Shown in pieces: positions 19,735 through 27,289 of a stretch of DNA of 64,000 nt. The notes under the pieces are model-generated. The model searched no databases. It saw nothing but the letters and a program-made list of their open reading frames with translations, and was not told the origin of the DNA. How positions within the stretch are numbered: position 1 is the first letter of the stretch; every line of letters begins with the position of its first letter. The position numbers and the translations under genes are program-made. Origin of the DNA: Alphaproteobacteria bacterium (GTDB lineage: Bacteria > Pseudomonadota > Alphaproteobacteria > UBA1280 > UBA6503); contig JAJFIW010000015.1 in the NCBI GenBank assembly GCA_021774615.1, positions 490 to 64,489 on the forward strand. Direction: 5' to 3'.

Positions 19735-21207
19735 ATGGCTTTAACTTATATCCCCAAACCCACTTTTGACCCAGAAGACCCCATATTTTTTAGTGGTTCT
19801 ATGCATACCAGTATAGATAGCTGTATGGCAAACTGGGTCGCAACATATGTTTTAAAACAAACTGAAGACGTCGAAGGCAATGCCCTTACAGGCAGCTATT
19901 TTGTTATTGGTCATGGCTTACATTATGGTGCCGAGATTTATCTCGAGGACTTGCTAAAAGCGATGACAGGCAAAAAGAAAAAATTCAAAAGTAAATTTAT
20001 TGCTGAAGGCATCCGAGTTTACTTTGAAGAAATTGCCCGCCTTGGCGGTACTGAAAAAATTGATTGGCCCAGCAGTTGGGCGCCACTATCTGGCACTATA
20101 GATGCAATGCTAACCGCTGCATTAGAGGTGAATGGAATTACATTTACTAATAAGCAACATGTTGGCAAAGTACGTAGAGCACTTGGTGAGTGGCTTAAAT
20201 GGCTACCAGAAAATGCAGGCATAAATGCCGATGGCAATATGGTATTTGAACTTGCTGAGGATGAGAAAACGCCATTTGATGAAATTGGCGAATCTGGAGT
20301 CCCTGCAATTGATACCATAGAAAAAGCCGCTAAACGCGAACTTTTCTTGAACATATGGCTAATAATGTGGAATAGCCTTAAATGGCCAGAAGATTGGGCT
20401 AGTGAAATAAAAACCGCATGCTCAATTGATGGCTTTTTAACTGCTGACCGCTTTGCTGACTGGACTGCGTGGCAACTGTCACAATTCCCCAAAGCATATG
20501 CAGAGCTAGATGTTATCCCTGTAGCAAATGAGCTTAACCTAGCTCCTTACAACCCTAAAGAAATAACAGGGGTTAAAGTAGTAGAAGCTATTAACTTGTG
20601 GCTAACAGGCACAGCAGACCACGTGGCCCGTGATAATAAAACCAAAAAACTGGTTTTAATTGACTGGAAAACCGCAGCTGATGCAGAAGGCTACAACATA
20701 CCTGGCTTTGCGCAACGTTCGATGCAACTAAACCATTATTACTGGATGATTGAGCGCATCTTGGCTGATACCTCCCACCCTTTGCATAAAAACCTTATTA
20801 AATTAGGTTTTAAAGAAGGTGAGAAGTTTGGAGGGGTGCAATATGTATTGTTTATTAAAAAGACAATGCCTGCAGGTTGGAGCCGCGGCCAATTGGATGC
20901 TCCAGCAGATTGGCCAGTAAAATACAAGCTGGAAGAAACTGATGAAGATGAAACCAGCACCTATCCAAAAATTGTTGCAGCTCCTAGAGCTACAGTAACT
21001 GACGGGATGCGAGATGCTTTCTTGCAAAGGATTTTAGAGGCTGAAGCTGACCTTCGTAACCCCGACAGAATTTTAAAACCATCAGCAGCAGGTGCTTATA
21101 ACTCACCTTGTAGTTTATGTAATGTTAGCGAGTGGTGCACAACTGGTAAAACAGACAACCTTGTTGCCATTACCTACAATATTATCCCTTCGGAAGAAGA
21201 TATGTAA
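19735..21207 (+). CDS. Cas4/AddB-type PD-(D/E)XK nuclease with a 4Fe-4S cysteine cluster (490 aa, large N-terminal domain)
   Basis: DHVARDNKTKKLVLIDWKT (D ... D-x-K), QRSMQLNHYY (QxxxY), and C-terminal SPCSLCNVSEWC (C-x2-C-x5-C), plus an N-terminal Cys (SIDSCMANW). Shine-Dalgarno taggag 8 nt upstream. Confidence 0.6.
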   Translation: MALTYIPKPTFDPEDPIFFSGSMHTSIDSCMANWVATYVLKQTEDVEGNALTGSYFVIGHGLHYGAEIYLEDLLKAMTGKKKKFKSKFIAEGIRVYFEEIARLGGTEKIDWPSSWAPLSGTIDAMLTAALEVNGITFTNKQHVGKVRRALGEWLKWLPENAGINADGNMVFELAEDEKTPFDEIGESGVPAIDTIEKAAKRELFLNIWLIMWNSLKWPEDWASEIKTACSIDGFLTADRFADWTAWQLSQFPKAYAELDVIPVANELNLAPYNPKEITGVKVVEAINLWLTGTADHVARDNKTKKLVLIDWKTAADAEGYNIPGFAQRSMQLNHYYWMIERILADTSHPLHKNLIKLGFKEGEKFGGVQYVLFIKKTMPAGWSRGQLDAPADWPVKYKLEETDEDETSTYPKIVAAPRATVTDGMRDAFLQRILEAEADLRNPDRILKPSAAGAYNSPCSLCNVSEWCTTGKTDNLVAITYNIIPSEEDM

Positions 21208-21222
21208 TATTGTTGTTTAACG

Positions 21223-21251
21223 AAAAAAACCTCCCTTTTGGGAGGTTTTTT
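21223..21251. terminator. Bidirectional terminator (aaaaaaacctccc-tttt-gggaggtttttt) shared by the nuclease cassette and asd
   Basis: Perfect 6-bp GC stem flanked by A7/T6 runs between convergent genes. Confidence 0.6.
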
Positions 21252-21264
21252 CTATTTCTGAAGC

Positions 21265-22302
21265 CTATCCCAACAACTGATGAACAACCTTCTCGGTTTG
21301 CTTAACAAGTTGCCTTGCCACACCTACCCGTAGGTGGTCGGCTGCTATCCATAGTTTAATTGTATCGGGGCATGTAGCATCTGCTCGCACTCGGGACAAA
21401 TAAACATAGCTTGTCTCAGCAGTCCCGTATGGGGTTGCGTAATCGTTTTGTTTAATGTCGTCTAATACCATAACCCCACTTGCAGGAGTAAATAACCCAC
21501 GGATATCATCGGCCGATGGCGCTGTGCCTTCAGCAAAATGTAAGGTTACGTCCATACCGTCTCCCACAAAGGTTGGCACATATGCACAACCAACAGAAAG
21601 CGGGAATTTTGTATTTGTTAATTGCTGGAAGTCTTGAGTAATAGCTTGTTCAACTGTTGTTTGGCCATTATCAACAAAGCTACCAACTTGTGGCAATACA
21701 TTAAATGCTGCTTGATGAGCTAGAACATCGCTACTAAAGCCATTGTCGTGTGCACCACCACCCAATAAGCCAATAGATTGTGCAGCAACTTCCTCAACAG
21801 CACCCATACCAGCGCCAGAAACTGTTTGATATGTGCTTACAACTGCCCATTTTATTAAAGAATTTCCGTTAATTTTACCTAGTACCATTGCTAAAGACCA
21901 TGCCAACGGGTGCGGTAATGCTAAGCCTGTTTCTTTTGCATTTACAAATGCTGTGTCGGCAAATCCTTCTGCTGTAAGGGGTACGCCTGTGGTACGTAAC
22001 GTGCCGCTAACATCTAAAGCGACTGCACCAAATTTTTTAGCAATCGGGATATACTGTTTAGCGACCGCAGCAGGTACACAAAATAATGCAACATCTACAC
22101 CGTCAAAGCTATTTTCGGTTAGTTCGTCTACTGCTACATCTACCCCTTGGCAGGTTAAGGTTTCGCCAGAGTCTTCTGCGGTTGCTAATAATATTGGGCT
22201 AACCAGCAATAGTTCGCTTTCATCAAGTGCTTTTAGGGTTTCCCTACCTACATGCCCTGTTGCACCTACTATGGCTAATTTAATTTGTTTCGCAATTGTC
22301 AT
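21265..22302 (-). CDS. asd: Aspartate-semialdehyde dehydrogenase
   Basis: MTIAKQIKLAIVGATGHVGRETLKAL N-terminus and an Asd-like C-terminal domain. The ORF track's 450-aa version is a spurious 5' extension that overlaps the divergent ETF-QO gene. Confidence 0.85.
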   Translation of the reverse strand: MTIAKQIKLAIVGATGHVGRETLKALDESELLLVSPILLATAEDSGETLTCQGVDVAVDELTENSFDGVDVALFCVPAAVAKQYIPIAKKFGAVALDVSGTLRTTGVPLTAEGFADTAFVNAKETGLALPHPLAWSLAMVLGKINGNSLIKWAVVSTYQTVSGAGMGAVEEVAAQSIGLLGGGAHDNGFSSDVLAHQAAFNVLPQVGSFVDNGQTTVEQAITQDFQQLTNTKFPLSVGCAYVPTFVGDGMDVTLHFAEGTAPSADDIRGLFTPASGVMVLDDIKQNDYATPYGTAETSYVYLSRVRADATCPDTIKLWIAADHLRVGVARQLVKQTEKVVHQLLG

Positions 22303-22399
22303 AACTATCCCTTTCAAATAACAAGGAATATGTAACATTACACAACTAAATATACAAGCACTCTTGACGATACAGCGCAATTCTATCAATATACCGCCT

Positions 22400-24025
22400 A
22401 TGAGCGAGCAAAGAGACATTTTAGAGTACGACATTGCCATTGTTGGCGGCGGCCCCGCAGGGCTTGCAGCTGCAGTGCGCTTAAAGCAACTAGACACTGA
22501 CAATACATTAAGTATTTGTGTACTAGAAAAAGCCACCGAAATTGGCAGGCACTCGTTAGCAGGCGCAGTTTTCGAGCCTCGTGCACTAGACGAGCTTATC
22601 TCTGACTGGCGCGACAAAGCAGACTTTAGCTTTACCCCTGTTAAAGAAGATAAATTCTCGTTCTTAACTAAAAAAGCTGCTTTTACTCTGCCTACGCCAC
22701 CGCAAATGCATAATAAAGGTAATTATATTGTATCTCTAGGCGAGCTATGCCGTTGGCTAGCAGCCCAAGCAGAAACACTAGGGGTAGACGTTCTACCAGG
22801 TTTCCCTGCCCAAAGTGCGCTGGTTGACGGCAGCACCGTATACGGGGTTCGTACTGGCGATTTTGGCGTTAATAAAAATGGTGAAAAGACCGACGGCTAC
22901 GCCCAAGGCCCCGATATCCACGCCAAAGTAACCATGTTTTCCGAAGGGTGCCGTGGCCATATTACTAGATCTTTAGTAACTCCACTTAAATTGTCAGAGG
23001 GTCGCTGCCCGCAAACTTATGCCCAAGGCATCAAAGAAATTTGGCGTATAAAACCTGAAAATCACCGCCTTGGTGCAGTTGCCCACACTATTGGTTACCC
23101 TTTAAATACTGACACTTATGGCGGGGCATGGGTTTACCATATGCCCGACAATAAAATTTCAATCGGTTTTGTAACAGGGCTAGACTATACTGATCCAACA
23201 TTAATGCCAACCAATGCTATGCAAGCTTTTAAACAACACCCTAAAATAGCAAAATTGCTTGAAGGCGGCGAGTTGCTGTCGGCAGGTGGGCGTGCATTAT
23301 ATGAAGGTGGCGAACAAAGCCAATACCGCCTTACCGTAGAGGGTGCAGTATTTATTGGTGACAGTGCGGGCTTTTTGAATGTTCCAAAAATTAAAGGCAT
23401 CCACACCGCCATGAAAAGTGGAATGATTGCGGCAGATGCTACTTTTGAACACCTTAAAAACGATGCGCCTTTGCATAACTATACTTTGAACGTTCAGGAA
23501 AGCTGGCTTGGTAAAGAATTGCATAAAGTACGTAATATTCGCCCTGGGTTCCAAAAAGGGTTATGGGTAGGGCTAATAAATGCCACGTTCGAGACTGTCA
23601 CCATAGGCTTAGCCCCGTGGACACTAAAACATAAACTTGCCGACTGGCAAACCATGCGACCTATTAAAAAAAGCGAACAAGCACCAACCCCAGCGTTTAA
23701 TAATGACAGCCCCCTTACTATCGATCGCCTTACAGGGGTTAGCCTAACCAATACTGCCCACAACGAAGAACAGCCAATCCATTTGCATATCTCTAACCCT
23801 GACATTTGCATTAGCCACTGTATGGAAGAATACGGCAACCCGTGCGAAAAATTCTGCCCTGCTGGTGTTTACGAGATTATCGGCAAACAAGAGGGTAAAC
23901 CAAAACTCCAAATTAATGCCGCCAACTGCATCCATTGCAAAACCTGCGACATTAAAGACCCCTACTCCATCATCACATGGACTGCCCCCGAAGGTGGCAG
24001 CGGGCCTAATTATAACGAGATGTAA
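22400..24025 (+). CDS. Electron-transfer flavoprotein:ubiquinone oxidoreductase (ETF-QO)
   Basis: FAD motif DIAIVGGGPAGLAAA. C-terminal 4Fe-4S motif CIHCKTCDIKDP. About 540 aa. The ORF track starts at a TTG at 22364. The ATG at 22400 is preferred. Confidence 0.85.
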   Translation: MSEQRDILEYDIAIVGGGPAGLAAAVRLKQLDTDNTLSICVLEKATEIGRHSLAGAVFEPRALDELISDWRDKADFSFTPVKEDKFSFLTKKAAFTLPTPPQMHNKGNYIVSLGELCRWLAAQAETLGVDVLPGFPAQSALVDGSTVYGVRTGDFGVNKNGEKTDGYAQGPDIHAKVTMFSEGCRGHITRSLVTPLKLSEGRCPQTYAQGIKEIWRIKPENHRLGAVAHTIGYPLNTDTYGGAWVYHMPDNKISIGFVTGLDYTDPTLMPTNAMQAFKQHPKIAKLLEGGELLSAGGRALYEGGEQSQYRLTVEGAVFIGDSAGFLNVPKIKGIHTAMKSGMIAADATFEHLKNDAPLHNYTLNVQESWLGKELHKVRNIRPGFQKGLWVGLINATFETVTIGLAPWTLKHKLADWQTMRPIKKSEQAPTPAFNNDSPLTIDRLTGVSLTNTAHNEEQPIHLHISNPDICISHCMEEYGNPCEKFCPAGVYEIIGKQEGKPKLQINAANCIHCKTCDIKDPYSIITWTAPEGGSGPNYNEM

Positions 24026-24069
24026 GTAGACTGTTGCTATAGCTCTGCCAATAATGTATACACCTTAAC

Positions 24070-25215
24070 ATGAACCATATTTTTGACCATACCCGAGAGA
24101 GCCTCAAACAAACCCTTAGTAATGCAGGGATGAAGCCCTTTCGTGCCGAGCAAGCTTGGCAATGGGTTTATAGTAAAGGGGTAACTGATCCAGAACAAAT
24201 GACCAACCTAGGTGCAGCCGACAAAAAAGCATTGGCTAGTGCTGTAGGTTTAGCCCTACCCACCATCACAGCCGAGCAGCATGCCGAAGATGGGGTTATA
24301 AAATGGTTGTTTAAACTTAGCGATGGGCAAGAAATTGAAACGGTGTTTATCCCCCAAGGCAAGCGTGGCACATTGTGTGTTAGTAGCCAAGTAGGTTGCA
24401 CGTTAACTTGCCGTTTTTGCCATACTGGCACCCAAGGTTTAGCACGTAACCTTACCGCTGCTGAAATTATTGCCCAAGTTTGGCTGGCTAAAAAACAAAT
24501 GGCCGACTTTACCCCCAATAACACTGCCCGCAAACTTACCAATATTGTATTTATGGGCATGGGCGAGCCGCTCTATAATAAAGACAATGTCTTTACTGCT
24601 TGCCATATTTTAATGGACGAAAAAGGCTTTGCTATGGGTGGGCGTAAAATAACCATTTCTACTAGTGGGGTAGCGCCAGAAATAGAGGCTATCGGTGAAG
24701 AGTTAGGGGTTAACTTGGCAATATCCCTCCACAGTGCTGACGACGAGACTCGCACTAAAATTATGCCGATAAACAAAAAATACTCGTTGCCTATTCTAAA
24801 AAAGGCAATTTCCAACTTTAAGCTCCGCGAGAACCGCCGTATTACTTGGGAGTATGTATTGCTTAAAAATGTAAACGACAGCCTAGAAGATGCGGATAAA
24901 TTAATCGCTTTTATTAAGAAATTTCCGTCGTTGGTAAATCTAATCCCATTTAACCCTTGGCCTGGTAGCCCGTTTGAATGTTCCAACCCTGGCACCATGA
25001 ATGCTTTCCGTGACCGTATTGCCAAAGCAGGGGTAGACGTCACCTTGCGTAAAACTAGGGGTGAGGATATTTCGGCCGCTTGCGGGCAGCTCCGCAGCGA
25101 AACCAGCAAACGTAACACCGTGTCGCTGCAATACCCGACTGTTGTTGCCGTTTATGGTAGCGAGAAACAGCAGGAATTAAGCAAAATTAAGGTTAATATC
25201 GAGAGCACAGAATAA
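24070..25215 (+). CDS. rlmN: 23S rRNA (A2503-C2)/tRNA methyltransferase RlmN (radical SAM)
   Basis: Radical-SAM CTLTCRFCHTG motif and the RlmN-specific N-terminal region. Confidence 0.9.
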   Translation: MNHIFDHTRESLKQTLSNAGMKPFRAEQAWQWVYSKGVTDPEQMTNLGAADKKALASAVGLALPTITAEQHAEDGVIKWLFKLSDGQEIETVFIPQGKRGTLCVSSQVGCTLTCRFCHTGTQGLARNLTAAEIIAQVWLAKKQMADFTPNNTARKLTNIVFMGMGEPLYNKDNVFTACHILMDEKGFAMGGRKITISTSGVAPEIEAIGEELGVNLAISLHSADDETRTKIMPINKKYSLPILKKAISNFKLRENRRITWEYVLLKNVNDSLEDADKLIAFIKKFPSLVNLIPFNPWPGSPFECSNPGTMNAFRDRIAKAGVDVTLRKTRGEDISAACGQLRSETSKRNTVSLQYPTVVAVYGSEKQQELSKIKVNIESTE

Positions 25216-25320
25216 TCATTCTGCTTGGTGCGTATTGACAAACCTAATTATTAACACTATCTGTATGGCTAATATTCATTTTTCTTTCTCTTTTCATTCT
25301 TTCTCTTTAGGAGATACACA

Positions 25321-25632
25321 ATGCTTACTATTACCCAAGTTCTAATTGCTGTGCCAATTGCAGCACTTATTATGTACTTAATATACAACAGCACCAACTG
25401 GTTCCATATAAAGTCATGGGAAAAGAAGCTTTATAGCAAAAAGTCAATTGCAGTAAAAATTTTTAGTAATAAGGCCATAATTCTGTATTCCATCAAAGAT
25501 GGTTTAATCTTGGAGTACCAAGAGTGCAGTAAATACGGTATTTCCAAGACAGAAAAAACAAAAACTTTTCCCCATTCACAAGAAGATGAAGCTTTAGATA
25601 CATTCTACCAATGGGTTGTTGAATATTTATGA
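25321..25632 (+). CDS. Member 1 of the novel small-protein family (N-terminal TM anchor)
   Basis: Core NKAIILYSI..G ... QWVVEYL aligns with eight other ORFs. Shine-Dalgarno taggagatacaca. Confidence 0.5.
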   Translation: MLTITQVLIAVPIAALIMYLIYNSTNWFHIKSWEKKLYSKKSIAVKIFSNKAIILYSIKDGLILEYQECSKYGISKTEKTKTFPHSQEDEALDTFYQWVVEYL

Positions 25633-25650
25633 ACCTACATTACCGATTAA

Positions 25651-25678
25651 ACCCCTGCCATACGGCAGGGTGTTTTTT
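25651..25678 (+). terminator. Terminator hairpin ccctgcc-atacg-ggcaggg plus T-run
   Basis: Seen in the sequence. A near-identical hairpin recurs at 26516. Confidence 0.55.
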
Positions 25679-25779
25679 GTTTTGCCCCCTATATTCATTG
25701 ACAAACAACACTAAAATATACAAATTGGTAGTATATTTTTGTATTTATCTTCTTTTCTTATCTTTTTTAGGGTTAACCT

Positions 25780-26145
25780 ATGCCTAATCGTGAAAATATT
25801 GTATCGCAATGGGTTAAAGCTCTCCCATCTGATGATTTTAAGAGCCGGAAAATTGTAGCCGATAATGCAGTTCAATTATCTGTTATACAGCATAATCATA
25901 ATTATATGCTCCATGGCTATAGAAAATACTACAGAGTATCGCATTTTGTATGTGGTCAGGATGGTAAAACTATCAATGTAAAATCTAAAGTATTATTTAA
26001 GGCTACCAAAGCTAGCGCACTGTATTGGGAATGGTCAAAATCTATCATGGATAAAACAGGCCGAGTTGATGGCAGTATGTTTAAACATGAAAAAGCCAAG
26101 GTTATAATTATTTCTATAGATACTGACTTGATAAAAGAATATTAG
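25780..26145 (+). CDS. Member 2 of the novel small-protein family (no TM)
   Basis: DNAVQLSVIQ ... FVCGQDGKTINVKSKVLF ... WEWSKSIMDKTGRVDGSMF matches the family core, including the C-terminal R-IDGS-F extension. Confidence 0.5.
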   Translation: MPNRENIVSQWVKALPSDDFKSRKIVADNAVQLSVIQHNHNYMLHGYRKYYRVSHFVCGQDGKTINVKSKVLFKATKASALYWEWSKSIMDKTGRVDGSMFKHEKAKVIIISIDTDLIKEY

Positions 26146-26209
26146 CCCCCACAATTAACTTTACGTTAGTTTTTAATACATCTTTTTTACCTTTCTATAA
26201 GGAATTATC

Positions 26210-26494
26210 ATGAGTAATCCAACAAACAACTGCCAACAGGCAGTAAATGAAGAAGCCGTAAACCGGTGGGAACAACACCTAAGGGGTCTAAAAGACTCCT
26301 CCTTCCTCAAGATAAAAGGAAGAACTGCCATTAGGCAGGTAGTTAAAGACAATAGTAGAAAGACTATATTCTACCTTTATCACATAACTTGTGATGAAAA
26401 CGGAGTATCCAAAGTTGAAGAAATGAACACCTCCTTCAACAGGGAAGAAGCAACCACAAAAATGTGGGAGTGGTGCAGTCTTTACACAAAATAA
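26210..26494 (+). CDS. Member 3 of the novel small-protein family (short form)
   Basis: TAIRQVV ... ITCDENGVSKV ... MWEWCSLY matches the family core. Confidence 0.45.
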   Translation: MSNPTNNCQQAVNEEAVNRWEQHLRGLKDSSFLKIKGRTAIRQVVKDNSRKTIFYLYHITCDENGVSKVEEMNTSFNREEATTKMWEWCSLYTK

Positions 26495-26515
26495 CCCATT
26501 GTGCCATAAACGATT

Positions 26516-26546
26516 AACCCCTGCATACGCAGGGGTTATCTATTTT
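26516..26546 (+). terminator. Terminator hairpin aacccctg-catacg-caggggtt (duplicate of the 25651 hairpin motif)
   Basis: Seen in the sequence. Confidence 0.5.
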
Positions 26547-26648
26547 CTGCCACCCACTTGACATCTACCACAAGAAAGAATACACATTATCTACTGTATA
26601 TATCTTTGTTCTATTTTTCCCACTACACCACCTATTTGGAGGTAATAA

Positions 26649-26984
26649 ATGTTAGACATAGCATACATTGTTATAATATCTGTTATATCGCTAATACTTA
26701 TAATTAACCTGTATAAGAAACATAAGTACAAAAAGGAATTTGAGTACAAAATACGTGAACAATCACCAAATACTGTTAAAATTAGGATAAAAGGCAACAA
26801 CGCTGTTATCCTCTCAATACCTGAGGTAAACAGCTTTAGAAACCCACCAGAAAAGATGGCACTTAACATTGTAACTAATATAGAGGGGAACTTAGTATAT
26901 AATAATTTCCTATACTGGGTAAGTGGCACAGGTGGTATAAATGCAAACTATCGCTTTTGGGAAGCTTGTAGAGCATACCTTTAG
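26649..26984 (+). CDS. Member 4 of the novel small-protein family (N-terminal TM anchor)
   Basis: GNNAVILSI ... FLYWVSG ... FWEACRAYL matches the family core. Shine-Dalgarno ggaggtaataa. Confidence 0.45.
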   Translation: MLDIAYIVIISVISLILIINLYKKHKYKKEFEYKIREQSPNTVKIRIKGNNAVILSIPEVNSFRNPPEKMALNIVTNIEGNLVYNNFLYWVSGTGGINANYRFWEACRAYL

Positions 26985-27106
26985 ATGTTTTTATTTACTC
27001 CCCTTGTAAAAGTAACAACAACGGCTTACACTATATATATAAGCACTACATCGCTCATTATAGAATTTTTATTTTGAGTATTCCTTTTCCACTTCAGGAG
27101 ATCATC

Positions 27107-27217
27107 ATGATTGCTACCGCGATTTTTTTATCAGTAACTTTGGCCTTCTCGGCCTACCTTTACAAGAATGATAAGTTGCAGAATGCAATGCTTCATTCAC
27201 CAAGCCGCCGCCGATAA
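27107..27217 (+). CDS. Possible 36-aa small membrane peptide
   Basis: Strong Shine-Dalgarno ttcaggagatcatc-ATG. One predicted TM helix (MIATAIFLSVTLAFSAYLY). Followed by the 27244 hairpin. Short, so confidence is low. Confidence 0.25.
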   Translation: MIATAIFLSVTLAFSAYLYKNDKLQNAMLHSPSRRR

Positions 27218-27243
27218 TTTTTTGGCGATTCGCTATTAACGAA

Positions 27244-27271
27244 GAAAGCCCTGTCAGATGACAGGGCTTTC
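27244..27271. terminator. Hairpin gaaagccctgtc-agat-gacagggctttc, the terminator at the 3' end of pnp (and of the plus-strand small ORF)
   Basis: 12-bp perfect stem. Seen in the sequence. Confidence 0.5.
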
Positions 27272-27289
27272 ACTATTTAGTCACGTAAC

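Noticed and set aside
22364-22399. TTG start for ETF-QO given by the ORF track
   Set aside because: The ATG 12 codons downstream begins the canonical FAD-binding N-terminus (YDIAIVGGGPAG). The TTG extension adds non-conserved residues.
21265-22617. 450-aa ORF-track version of asd, with a 105-codon N-terminal extension
   Set aside because: The extension is low-complexity, overlaps the divergent ETF-QO start region, and precedes an excellent Asd N-terminus (MTIAKQIKLAIVGATG). The true start is at 22302.
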